A stretch of DNA of 64,000 nt from Alphaproteobacteria bacterium (GTDB lineage Bacteria; Pseudomonadota; Alphaproteobacteria; SHVV01). The notes under the pieces were generated by a model. That model saw only the letters and a list, made by a program, of their open reading frames with translations. It did not search any database and had not been told where the DNA came from. The DNA is taken from assembly GCA_965261735.1 (NCBI GenBank), contig OZ253470.1:1824001-1888000 (forward strand), given 5' to 3'. Position numbers and translations under genes: made by a program. Of this stretch, positions 46,930 to 56,315 are shown piece after piece (position 1 is the first letter of the stretch; the number at the start of each line of letters is the position of its first letter).

Positions 46930-48098
46930 GACCGCGTCACCCCTTCGTCGCGAGCGTTCCAGGTCAGCACCAGGTCGTCGCGATGAATCATTTCGTCGCG
47001 CCCACGGTAGCCGAGAAGGGCCTCTATTTCACGGCTTTTGTGACCCATGATGCGTTCCGCATCGGCGGCCGCGTAGGCGCACAGCCCGCGCCCGAGATCG
47101 GTCCCGTCGCGGTCGCGCACGGCGACCGCATCGCCGCGGTCGAAGTCGCCGGCCACCCCGACCACGCCGGCCGGTAGTAGGCTTTTTCCGTCCGCGAGGG
47201 CCCGTTTGGCGCCGGAGTCGATGGTGAGGGTGCCGGCGGGCTCCAGGCTGCCGGCGATCCACTGCTTGCGCGCGGCCCATGGCGTTCGCCCGGCGGTAAA
47301 CCAGGTGCAGCGGGCGCCCTCGGCGATCGCGGTCACCGGGTGGTCAACGCGTCCGTCGGCGATGACCATGTGGCATCCGGCGGCGAGCGCAATGCGCGCG
47401 GCCGCGAGCTTGGTCACCATGCCGCCCGACGCGTCCCGCAGCCGCTCCTTGCCCGCCATCGCGACGATCTCGGGCGTTATCTCGCGAACCTCGGGAACGA
47501 GCTCGGCCTTTGGCGAAAGGGCCGGATCGGCGCTGTACAGGCCGTCGATGTCGGACAGCAGAATCAGGCACTCGGCGCTCGTCATCTGCGCTACCCGGCC
47601 GGCGAGGCGGTCATTGTCGCCAAAGCGAATCTCCGCCGTCGCCACGGAGTCGTTCTCGTTGATCACGGGCACAGCGCCGCGCCGCAGCAGCGCGTTCAGC
47701 GTGTTTCGCGCGTTGAGGTAGCGCCGCCTCTCTTCCGTGTCGCCGATGGTGAGGAGGATCTGCGCAACGGTGAGGTCGTGCCGCGCCAGCACCTCCTGAT
47801 AGGCGTGGGCGAGGCGAATCTGTCCCGCTGCGGCCGCGGCCTGGCTGTCCTCGAGCTTGAGCGGCCCCGGCGGCAGGTCGAGGTCGCGGCGCCCGAGCGC
47901 GATGGCGCCCGAGGAGACGATGACGATCTCCTGACCCCGCGCCCGGCAGCGGGCAACGTCCTCGGCCAGCGCCTCGAGCCAGGAGCGGCGTAGCTTGCCC
48001 GAACCTTCGTCGACCAGCAACGAGGAGCCGATCTTGACGACGAGGCGGCGCGCGCCGGTGAGCCGCTCGCCGCCCGCGCCCGGCGCACCCGAACTCAC
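46926..48098 (-). CDS. proB: Glutamate 5-kinase
   Basis: VVKIGSS, VSSGA, INEND, FGDND, PUA domain. Confidence 0.97.
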   Translation of the reverse strand: MSSGAPGAGGERLTGARRLVVKIGSSLLVDEGSGKLRRSWLEALAEDVARCRARGQEIVIVSSGAIALGRRDLDLPPGPLKLEDSQAAAAAGQIRLAHAYQEVLARHDLTVAQILLTIGDTEERRRYLNARNTLNALLRRGAVPVINENDSVATAEIRFGDNDRLAGRVAQMTSAECLILLSDIDGLYSADPALSPKAELVPEVREITPEIVAMAGKERLRDASGGMVTKLAAARIALAAGCHMVIADGRVDHPVTAIAEGARCTWFTAGRTPWAARKQWIAGSLEPAGTLTIDSGAKRALADGKSLLPAGVVGVAGDFDRGDAVAVRDRDGTDLGRGLCAYAAADAERIMGHKSREIEALLGYRGRDEMIHRDDLVLTWNARDEGVTRS

Positions 48099-49117
48099 CC
48101 GCTCGCGCTCCGTAGTGGTGGCCGAGGCTCGCGCCTCGCGAGGTGCGATGCGAGCCGCTCCAACGCCTCGCCCCGGCCCCGCCCGCTGAGCGAGGACAGG
48201 GCCACCACAATGGCCCCCGAGGCCTCCTGAAGGGCGGTGCGGCCGGCCTCGATGGCGCGGTCATCGAGGCTGTCACACTTGGCGAGCGCGACGACTTCGG
48301 GCTTGGCGGCGAGGCCGTGGCCATAGGCATCGAGTTCGCGGCGCACCGTGCGATAGTTTTCGGCGACGTCGTCGGCGGTGCCGTCGACGAGGTGCAGCAG
48401 CGCGCGGCAGCGCTCAATATGGCCGAGGAAACGGTCGCCGAGGCCGGCGCCAGTGTGGGCGCCGGCGATAAGGCCCGGAATGTCGGCCAGCACGAACACC
48501 TTGTCGCCGATTGCGGCGACCCCGAGTGTCGGTGCGAACGTGGTGAAGGGGTAGTCGGCGACCTTCGGGTGGGCCCGCGACACCGCGGCGAGGAAGGTCG
48601 ACTTGCCGGCGTTGGGCAGGCCCACGATTCCAGCATCGGCGATGAGTTTCAGCTTCAGCCACAGGGCGCGCTCCTCGCCCGCCCGGCCGGGCTCGGCGAA
48701 GAGCGGGGCGCGGTGCGTCGAACTCTTGAAGTGGGCGTTGCCGAAGCCGCCGTCGCCGCCGCGCGCGAGCTCCATGGTCTGATCGGGTTCGGTGATATCC
48801 CACAGCGCGACTTCGCCGTCCGCATCGCGGATCTCGGTGCCGGGGGGCACCTCGATCGTGAGGTCGGACGCGTTTGCGCCGGTACGGTTTTGCGGGCCAC
48901 CGGGCCGGCCGTCGCGGGCACGGAAGTGCTGGCGGTAGCGGAAGTCGATGAGCGTGTTGAGGGCGGCATTCGCGCGTACCCAGACGCTGCCGCCGCGGCC
49001 GCCATTGCCACCGTCGGGGCCCTTGGACCTGCCACGCTTGTCGTGCAGAAAGCTCGCGCAGCCGGCACCGCCGGCGCCTGCGCGTACGAAGATCTTGGCC
49101 TGGTCGAGAAACTTCAT
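48095..49117 (-). CDS. obgE: GTPase ObgE/CgtA
   Basis: MKFLDQAKI, Gly-rich Obg domain, GLPNAGKS, YPFTT, DIPG; downstream of rplU-rpmA. Confidence 0.95.
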   Translation of the reverse strand: MKFLDQAKIFVRAGAGGAGCASFLHDKRGRSKGPDGGNGGRGGSVWVRANAALNTLIDFRYRQHFRARDGRPGGPQNRTGANASDLTIEVPPGTEIRDADGEVALWDITEPDQTMELARGGDGGFGNAHFKSSTHRAPLFAEPGRAGEERALWLKLKLIADAGIVGLPNAGKSTFLAAVSRAHPKVADYPFTTFAPTLGVAAIGDKVFVLADIPGLIAGAHTGAGLGDRFLGHIERCRALLHLVDGTADDVAENYRTVRRELDAYGHGLAAKPEVVALAKCDSLDDRAIEAGRTALQEASGAIVVALSSLSGRGRGEALERLASHLARREPRPPLRSASG

Positions 49118-49198
49118 CCCGCGTTTAGGGGGGCCGGGTCGGCCACAGAAGCGGAGCCGATTTCCTCCCCTCGCCCGCGCCGGTAACGGGTCCGGCGT

Positions 49199-49462
49199 CT
49201 AGGCGGGCGGCACCACGGAGACGGTCGTTCTCTTGCCGCCCCGTCCCTTCTTGGCGAAGCAGACGCGGCCCGCGATCAGCGCGAAAATAGTGTGGTCGCG
49301 GCCGAGCCCGACGTTGCCGCCCGGATGCCAACGGGTGCCGCGCTGGCGCACGATAATGTTGCCCGGCACGACCGCCTCATCGCCGTATTTCTTGATTCCG
49401 AGCCGCCGGCCGGCCGAATCGCGGCCGTTGCGCGAGCTGCCGCCCGCCTTCTTGTGTGCCAT
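49199..49462 (-). CDS. rpmA: 50S ribosomal protein L27
   Basis: [24 protein letters not shown]. Confidence 0.98.
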   Translation of the reverse strand: MAHKKAGGSSRNGRDSAGRRLGIKKYGDEAVVPGNIIVRQRGTRWHPGGNVGLGRDHTIFALIAGRVCFAKKGRGGKRTTVSVVPPA

Positions 49463-49962
49463 CAGTCCTTCTCCTCGGCCGGCTTGGCCGGCGCCTTGGG
49501 CTTGGCGCGGCGCGCCTTGGCTTCCGGCGCCGCTTTCGGCTTCGCCGCTGCCTTCGACGCGGGCTCCGCCGTCTCCGTCGCCGCGGGCTCCACCTTCGGC
49601 TTGGCCGGCGTCTTCTTGCTGGCGCCCTTGGCCGCCGGTTTGGCCTTGCCGTCGGGTAGGATGTCGGTGATCCGCAGGACGGTGAGGTCCTGGCGATGGC
49701 CACCCAGGCGACGATAGTTCTTGCGCCGCTTTTTCTTGAAAATCAGGATCTTGGGGCCGCGGCTTTGCTCGACCACGCTGGCCATGACCTTGGCGCCATC
49801 GATGAGCGGCGTGCCCGCCGTCGTGCTTCCATCGTCGCCGATCAGGAGGACGTCCGCGATCTCGACCGCGTCGCCGGCCACGCCAGCGAGGCGTTCGACC
49901 TGGATGACGTCGTCCTCGGCGACCCGGTATTGCTTGCCGCCGGTCCTGATGACAGCGTACAT
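49462..49962 (-). CDS. rplU: 50S ribosomal protein L21 with Ala/Lys/Pro tail
   Basis: [26 protein letters not shown]. Confidence 0.98.
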   Translation of the reverse strand: MYAVIRTGGKQYRVAEDDVIQVERLAGVAGDAVEIADVLLIGDDGSTTAGTPLIDGAKVMASVVEQSRGPKILIFKKKRRKNYRRLGGHRQDLTVLRITDILPDGKAKPAAKGASKKTPAKPKVEPAATETAEPASKAAAKPKAAPEAKARRAKPKAPAKPAEEKD

Positions 49963-50023
49963 GGCGTCTCACTCGGGGGAACCAGCGCTAAGGGCGACAC
50001 TACAGCCGCCTGCGCGCGAGCGG

Positions 50024-50051
50024 AATATAGCCCAGGCGCGCCCCCTGTCAA
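50024..50051 (-). promoter_or_regulatory. sigma70 promoter of the rplU operon
   Basis: TTGACA-N16-TATATT. Confidence 0.65.
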
Positions 50052-50088
50052 CGCCCTTGAGCGCCGCTGGCGCCGCGCCCGCCGCCGC

Positions 50089-50907
50089 TCAGGCGCGAGT
50101 GGTTCCGAGCAGGCCCTGCGGCCGGAATACCATCATGACGATGAACAGCAGCCCGAAGAACACGAGCCGCAGCTCCGGCTGCACGAAGTACAGAATCCAC
50201 GGCAGGTAGACCACGAGCGCCATGCCCACGACCGCGCCCCAGAAGTTGCGGGTGCCGCCCAGGATCGGGGCTAACAGCAAGAGCACGGACATGACGAAGC
50301 CGAACTCCGGCGGTGAGATGACGCTCACGCGGTGGGCGTGGAGCGCCCCGCCGGTTGCGGTCACGCTGCAGCCGAGCATCCACGCCAAGGTCTTCATCGC
50401 CTGAACGTTCACGCCCATCGACCCGGCCACGACCTCGTCGTCACGAACGGCGCGGAAGGCCATGCCGAAGCGGGAGATCTCCAGCCGATGGGTGAGGAAC
50501 AGCAGCACCGGGACCAGCAGCAGCACGTGCAGTGGCCGCGCTTCCATGGGAATGCTGTGAAAGCCGATGGCTGAACCCACGTAATCGACGTTGAGCCAGA
50601 ACGTGATTATTGCCTCGCCGAGCGCGAAGGTCCCGAGCGCCAGATAGATGCCCGACAGGCGCGACGCAATGACGACGGCGATGATGAAACCGGAAGCAGC
50701 ACCAACGAGGGCGCACAGCGGGATGACCGCGTAGTACGGCACGCCGAGCTTGACGGTCATGATAGCGGCCGAATAGGCGCCGATGCCGACGATCGCGCCA
50801 TGGCCGAGCGAGAGTTGCCCGCACAGCATGAGAATGTGCAGCCCCAGCCCGAACAGCAACCAAACGCCGTAGTCGGTGAGCAGATCGAGCGCGAACGAGG
50901 CCGACAT
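50089..50907 (-). CDS. Branched-chain amino acid type ABC permease (LivM-like)
   Basis: GQLSLGH, YLALGT, SRFG.AFRAVRDDE, LGG, RPQGL. Confidence 0.92.
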   Translation of the reverse strand: MSASFALDLLTDYGVWLLFGLGLHILMLCGQLSLGHGAIVGIGAYSAAIMTVKLGVPYYAVIPLCALVGAASGFIIAVVIASRLSGIYLALGTFALGEAIITFWLNVDYVGSAIGFHSIPMEARPLHVLLLVPVLLFLTHRLEISRFGMAFRAVRDDEVVAGSMGVNVQAMKTLAWMLGCSVTATGGALHAHRVSVISPPEFGFVMSVLLLLAPILGGTRNFWGAVVGMALVVYLPWILYFVQPELRLVFFGLLFIVMMVFRPQGLLGTTRA

Positions 50908-50912
50908 GGGCC

Positions 50913-51803
50913 TTACACCGCGCGCCCGGTGCGGGCCTCGTGGCCGAACAGGCCGGTCGGGCGAAACAGCAGGATCAGGATGAGGCTCAGATAGGCGATG
51001 ATGTCGCGATAGGTCGCCTCCCCGAAGATGACGACGAAGGACTCGAGCAAGCCGAGAAGGACGCCGACGGCGAGCGCGCCACGCATGTTGCCGACCCCTG
51101 CAACGATGATGACAACGATTCCCTTGAGGCCGAAGAAGGTACCGATATAGGGCTCGGTCGAGCCGAACGTCACGGAGTTGATCATGCCGGCAACGCCGCC
51201 CAGCGCCCCGCTCAGCGCGAAGGTGTACATCGTCACCCGCCGTGTATCGATGCCGACGCACTGGGCGATGTCCTGGCTTTGGCCGAGCACGCGAATAGCC
51301 TTGCCGAGCGCCGTACGGGACAGGAACAGCACGACCCCGACCATCAGAAAAAACGACAGGATGACGAGGAGGATCTGGAGGTTCGAGACTTCGGCGTCGC
51401 CGACCACCCGGTAGTAGGTGACGTTCTCGAACGGGCGCGGAAAGCTCTCGGGGCGCGGGTTGGTGACGTAGCTGACGATGTTTTCGAGAAAGAAGGCGCA
51501 CCCCACCGTGGCGACGGCGGTAGTCCATTGATTGCCCTTGAGCGGGCGCACCGCGAAGCGCTCGATCGCGAGGCCAACGGCGGCGGCCCCGATGACTCCC
51601 ATCAAACAAGCGAGCCAGAAGCTGTCGGTCAGTAGGAAGAACGAGTACAGCGCCGCGTAGGTGCCGACCATCATGATCGCGCCGTGGGCGAAGTTGAAGA
51701 CGTTGAGGACGCCGAAGACGAGATTGAAGCCGATGGCGATGAAGGCGTAGACGGCGCCGGTGGTCAGGCCGATGGCCAGCGCCTCGACGGCGAGTGACAT
51801 CAT
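50913..51803 (-). CDS. Branched-chain amino acid type ABC permease (LivH-like)
   Basis: NFAHG, TALGKAIR, RPTGLFG. Confidence 0.93.
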   Translation of the reverse strand: MMSLAVEALAIGLTTGAVYAFIAIGFNLVFGVLNVFNFAHGAIMMVGTYAALYSFFLLTDSFWLACLMGVIGAAAVGLAIERFAVRPLKGNQWTTAVATVGCAFFLENIVSYVTNPRPESFPRPFENVTYYRVVGDAEVSNLQILLVILSFFLMVGVVLFLSRTALGKAIRVLGQSQDIAQCVGIDTRRVTMYTFALSGALGGVAGMINSVTFGSTEPYIGTFFGLKGIVVIIVAGVGNMRGALAVGVLLGLLESFVVIFGEATYRDIIAYLSLILILLFRPTGLFGHEARTGRAV

Positions 51804-51934
51804 GGCGCGCGCCCTCGTTTTCCGCCCGCGCCGCGAGCCCCGCGCACCGCGCGAGACCTAGCGCCCACCAGCCTAAGGATCAATGGGCCGCCCGCGTTTC
51901 TGCACACCCCGAAGGCGAGCCTGGGCACCCGGCC

Positions 51935-52786
51935 TCATGCCGCGCCGAGGGAGTGGTCCGCCGCGGGCCGCGGCCATACCCGGGGGAACAGATCGTGCGC
52001 GGGCGGAAACGGATCGCCGTGCGCGAGGCCGGCCTCGGCCAGCAGCGGCGGCGCCGCCTTGCGCACCGCGAAGGTCGCGTCGTCCCCGGCCCAGCGGTAG
52101 GTCAGCGCCCGGCGCCGGATATCCGAATCGTTGCCGCGCGAGTAGTGCAGCACGAGCAAATGGTTGACCAGGATGTCACCCGGTTCCATGTCGAAATGGA
52201 CGATGTCGTAGCGCGCGCGTTCGCCCTCGATGTCGGGGATGGGCTCGAACTCACCCCTGGCGAACGATTTGGTGGGGTCGAACGCTTCGGCTTCGTACCA
52301 GTGGCCCCAACGGTGCGAGCCGCGAATCCACTCGGCCGCACCGTTGGCCAGAGACGCCGTATCGAACGGGATCCACATTCCGCAAACCTGCCAGCCATTG
52401 ACGCAGTTGTAGGGCTGATCGTGATGCCAGGGGGCCTCTTTCGGCGTGTGTGGTTCCTTCACCAGCAACATGTCGGCGAGTATGTTGACGTGGGCCGAGC
52501 CAAGGCAGGCGGCGGCGATCTCGGCCACCGGCGAGTCGAAGGCGAAGGCGCGAAACTCCGGATCGCGCGCCCACATGTACACGTCCTGGAAGAAGCGGCC
52601 CGGCGAGCCGTCCTTGTTGAGGTCGGTCCCGAGCGGCCCGGGGTCGGCCATGACGCGATCGGTAGCGGCGCTCATGCGCACGATCCACTCGCGGTCGAGC
52701 ATGCCGCGCAGGCAGACCAGCCCATCGTCCGAAAAAGCGCGCACCTCCGAGTCGGTAATGGCGCGTAGCGGGCGACGGTTCATCAC
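51935..52786 (-). CDS. PhyH family Fe(II)/2-oxoglutarate dioxygenase
   Basis: PWHHDQ (HxD), GSHRWG, MEPGD...LH, RRA. Confidence 0.9.
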   Translation of the reverse strand: MMNRRPLRAITDSEVRAFSDDGLVCLRGMLDREWIVRMSAATDRVMADPGPLGTDLNKDGSPGRFFQDVYMWARDPEFRAFAFDSPVAEIAAACLGSAHVNILADMLLVKEPHTPKEAPWHHDQPYNCVNGWQVCGMWIPFDTASLANGAAEWIRGSHRWGHWYEAEAFDPTKSFARGEFEPIPDIEGERARYDIVHFDMEPGDILVNHLLVLHYSRGNDSDIRRRALTYRWAGDDATFAVRKAAPPLLAEAGLAHGDPFPPAHDLFPRVWPRPAADHSLGAA

Positions 52787-52910
52787 CCTCCCTCACTCGG
52801 CTCAGCAACGGGCCGGCAACCGGTGTCCGCGGCAGCATGCCGCGGACACCGTCACCACACGGGGAGGCCGAGCCGGGCCGCCCCTGACACGTAACTCACG
52901 GAACGCTACG

Positions 52911-54065
52911 CTACTCCCATGGCACCATGACGCCATCCTTCCAGGTGATCATCACCGGCTTGGACCGGACGACGTCACCGGGCTCGCTCCAGGTGATCTC
53001 ACCGCTGATCGTCTCGAAGTCCTTGACCGCGAGGAACGAGCGCCGGATGGCATCGCGCGAGAGATCGTCCGAGGTGTTGAGGACGTGGGCCAGCGCAATG
53101 AGCATGTCGTAGTACTGGACCACGAAATAGTCGGGAAAGTCCTCCGGCTTGCTCACCGTCTTGCGCCACAGCTGGATGAAATCCTGGACGATGGGCCGTT
53201 TGTCATGGGGATTGAAGATGCTGTAGGCGTAGGCGTTCTCGCCCTTGCCCTTCGACAGCCGCCAATAGTCGACACCCAGGATTCCGGGATCGCTCAGGAT
53301 GGGCACGTCGACGCCGCGCTCGCGCAGCTGGAAGGTGAACACGCCGGCGGTCCAGGGCTGTGAGGTCAGAACCACCGCGTCCACGTTGGCCGCGCGAATC
53401 TTGGCCACCTGCGCCGCCATGTTGGTGTCGTCGCCCTTGTAGGTCTGCTCCTCGACGATAGTGATGCCATGTCGCGGAAGCATCTTCCTGAGCTCGTTCG
53501 CATTGTTGACGTTGAACTCATCGTCCTGGGTATAGGCCAGCGCGACCTTTTTGGTACCGAAGACCGCCTTGGCCTTTTCCAGGATCGGCGGCATGGACGT
53601 CGCCACCTGCGGCCCGTAGCGGAAGGTCCAATTTCCGAAGCTCGGCTTCGGCCATTTGGCCAGCGACCCGGTGTAGGTCGGGACCTTGTACTCCTCGGTC
53701 AGGTCGATGATGGCGAGATGGCTTTTCGACGGACCGATGGGAAAGATGATGGGTATTTTCGGGTCGGACGCGAGGCGGCGGAAATCGGTGATCCAAGGCG
53801 CCGTTTCCGGAAAGCGGACGTCGACCTTGTAGAACTCCAGCGGGCGTCCCTTGATGCCGCCCTTCTTCTCGTTGAGTTCGGCAACGAAGGGAACCACGGC
53901 CTCGTTCCAGACGCGATCGCCGAAGTCTTGGGCGGTACCGCTGAACACGTAGGCGAAGGGCAGGCGCACGGGATCGCCCTTGGCCATCTGCGCCATCGCC
54001 TGGCCGCTGACCAAGGCTGCGGGAATTGCCAGCGCGACGAGCGCCAGGAGCATACGTCGTATCAT
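52911..54065 (-). CDS. Liv/HAAT family ABC substrate-binding protein
   Basis: Signal peptide, GGIKGRPLE, WTFR, DTNMAAQVAKIR. Confidence 0.88.
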   Translation of the reverse strand: MIRRMLLALVALAIPAALVSGQAMAQMAKGDPVRLPFAYVFSGTAQDFGDRVWNEAVVPFVAELNEKKGGIKGRPLEFYKVDVRFPETAPWITDFRRLASDPKIPIIFPIGPSKSHLAIIDLTEEYKVPTYTGSLAKWPKPSFGNWTFRYGPQVATSMPPILEKAKAVFGTKKVALAYTQDDEFNVNNANELRKMLPRHGITIVEEQTYKGDDTNMAAQVAKIRAANVDAVVLTSQPWTAGVFTFQLRERGVDVPILSDPGILGVDYWRLSKGKGENAYAYSIFNPHDKRPIVQDFIQLWRKTVSKPEDFPDYFVVQYYDMLIALAHVLNTSDDLSRDAIRRSFLAVKDFETISGEITWSEPGDVVRSKPVMITWKDGVMVPWE

Positions 54066-54250
54066 TGGTTTCCTCCCTCGATGTTGTGCGCCCTTACCGC
54101 AGTGGCGGACGCAATCGGAATGGTAGCGCAGATAGGAGGGGTTGCCATGAAGAAAAGCCGCCGCGGCGCCGCACCGAGGGGTGCCTTGCCTTGCCCTGAG
54201 CGAGGCGATAGCGTCTTCGGGCGTGCATGAAAACCACGGGTGAGGAGGCG

Positions 54251-55015
54251 ATGGCGGGACGCCTCGATGGCCAAACGATGCTCGTTACCGGTGGCGGGCG
54301 CGGCTTTGGCGAGCACATGAGCCGCGCTGTCGCGGCCCTCGGCGCCAATGTCGTCATCGCCGACCTCGACGCCGACGAGGGCGGGCGCGTGGCCGGTGGT
54401 ATCGTGCAGGAGGGCGGCACCGCGATCGCCGTGGCCACGGACGTCACCGAGGCGGCGCAGGTCACCCGCATGGTCGAGGCCGCGACGGAGCGCTACGGCG
54501 CCGTCGACGTGCTCCTCAACAATGCCGGCATCGCCGGGCCCGCCGGCGACTTTGCCTCCATCGCGGCGGACGAGTGGGACCAGGCCTACGCCGTCAACGT
54601 CACCGGCTGCTTCCTGTGCGCGCAGGCGGTAATCCCGGCGATGATGGCGCGCCGCTCAGGCCACATCGTGCACATCTCGTCGGGCACCTGCCGGCCCGGC
54701 ATAAGGGCGTTCCGCGGACTCGTCTACATGTCGACCAAGTACGCGGTCGAGGGCCTCTCCTATGGCCTCGCCGTCAAGCTCGAGGAGTTCGGCATTCGCG
54801 TCAACTGCATCCGCCCCAACATTGCGGCGACCCATTTTTGGGAGGGCGTGGACAGGAGCCTGCTGGCCGGCGCACGGGTGTGGAAGCCCGACCACACGGT
54901 GGCGCCGCTGTTGCATCTGCTGACCGGAACCGAGGCCACCGGCGTGGTCGTCGACTCGGCGAACTGGCACGAGTCGCACGGCACGGCCGAAGCCTTCAGT
55001 TACGTCCACGAGTGA
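54251..55015 (+). CDS. Short-chain dehydrogenase/reductase
   Basis: TGGGRGFG, NNAG, YMSTK; GAGGAGG RBS. Confidence 0.93.
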   Translation: MAGRLDGQTMLVTGGGRGFGEHMSRAVAALGANVVIADLDADEGGRVAGGIVQEGGTAIAVATDVTEAAQVTRMVEAATERYGAVDVLLNNAGIAGPAGDFASIAADEWDQAYAVNVTGCFLCAQAVIPAMMARRSGHIVHISSGTCRPGIRAFRGLVYMSTKYAVEGLSYGLAVKLEEFGIRVNCIRPNIAATHFWEGVDRSLLAGARVWKPDHTVAPLLHLLTGTEATGVVVDSANWHESHGTAEAFSYVHE

Positions 55016-55046
55016 GCGCCCCGGCCGCGCCGAGGGAGGGCCTCCG

Positions 55047-55868
55047 GTGATCGAGCTCTATCATTATTGGAACGCGGTGTGCGGCCAGAAGTCGCGACTG
55101 TGCGTGGTCGAAAAGGGCGTTGCGTGGACGAGCCGGCACCTCCAGATATTCAGGCAGGAGAACCTCGAGCCCGACTATCTCGCGCTCAATCCCAACGGCG
55201 TCGTTCCCACCCTGGTGCATGACGGCCGCGTCCTCGTCGAATCGAGCATCATCAACGAGTACCTCGACGACGCCTTCCCCGATCCGGCGCTCGCGCCCGC
55301 GGACCCGTACCAGCGCGCGCGCATGCGGCTGTGGAACAAGTACGTCGACAATTTCGTCCACAGCGCGACCCGGATCGCGTCCTTCAACATGATCATCAAG
55401 CCGGCCTTCGACTGGCTCTCCGAATCGGGGCTCGAGGCCGCGATAGCGCGCATCCCGACCACCGATGGCGGCGGCACGCGGGACCGGCGGCGGCGCTTTC
55501 GCGAGGGCGTGCGCGTCGGCCTCGGCGAGGCCGAGACCGCCGACAGCTTTGCCCGCCTGGAGCGCGTCCTCGACAGGATGGAGCACGATCTCGCGGCCGC
55601 GCCATGGCTCGCCGGCGAGCGCTATTCGCTGGCCGACATCAGCATGGCGCCCTATGTCCACCGCCTCGAGCAGCTCGGCAGGAGCGCATGGTGGAGTGCC
55701 GCCGTACGGCCCCGCCTCGGCGATTGGTACGCCCGCCTCAAGGCGCGGCCCGCGTTCCAGGAGGCCTTTTCCTTCTACGTCGCCGACGACCTTGGTGCCC
55801 CGTACCCGATCGGGCCCGAGATGATCTTCCTGCCCGCGGCGGTGAAGGCGCGCTACGCGCCGGGGTAA
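55047..55868 (+). CDS. Glutathione S-transferase family protein
   Basis: CGQKSR, NPNGVVPTL, ESSIINEYLDD, SLADI. Confidence 0.92.
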   Translation: MIELYHYWNAVCGQKSRLCVVEKGVAWTSRHLQIFRQENLEPDYLALNPNGVVPTLVHDGRVLVESSIINEYLDDAFPDPALAPADPYQRARMRLWNKYVDNFVHSATRIASFNMIIKPAFDWLSESGLEAAIARIPTTDGGGTRDRRRRFREGVRVGLGEAETADSFARLERVLDRMEHDLAAAPWLAGERYSLADISMAPYVHRLEQLGRSAWWSAAVRPRLGDWYARLKARPAFQEAFSFYVADDLGAPYPIGPEMIFLPAAVKARYAPG

Positions 55869-55926
55869 GCGGATCGGCGGGCGCACTGGACGCCGGGGTG
55901 CGTCGGCGTTAGAACGTGCCCCTCGC

Positions 55927-56015
55927 GGAGGGGTGCCGGAGTGGTCGAACGGGGCGGTCTCGAAAACCGTTGTACCCTTTGGGTACCGTGGGTTCGAATC
56001 CCACCCCCTCCGCCA
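55927..56015 (+). tRNA. tRNA-Ser(CGA)
   Basis: GGAGGGG acceptor stem, CT-CGA-AA anticodon loop, long variable arm, GGTTCGAATCC, encoded CCA. Confidence 0.97.
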
Positions 56016-56315
56016 CACTTAAGCCATTGTTATAGAATGTTTTTTCAGGACTCGGGATGGATTCGAACTTGTCCCGAAACTTCCGGGGCTTACGCCTGAT
56101 ACGCCTTTCCGTCGTGGCCTAATGAGACCGGTCAGGTCCGGCCAACGGGTAGCTGATATCGCAAAAATCTCTTACGCTGGTTTTGGTGGTACGGCTAAAC
56201 AGGCGTTGGCGAGACACCGTCGGCCGGAATGTGGGTCGGATTCACACGGGAAAACATGCCGCCCCGCGCCTGGTCAACGAGGGGCCGCGGTCGAGCAAGC
56301 AACCGAGACCCTGGC

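Noticed and set aside
49462-49650. Ala/Lys/Pro-rich tail on L21
   Set aside because: Common in Alphaproteobacteria.
54996-56018. ORF beginning MWRRGWDSNPR, and 59316-59609 ending VAGVGFEPTTFRL
   Set aside because: Antisense translations of tRNA sequence.
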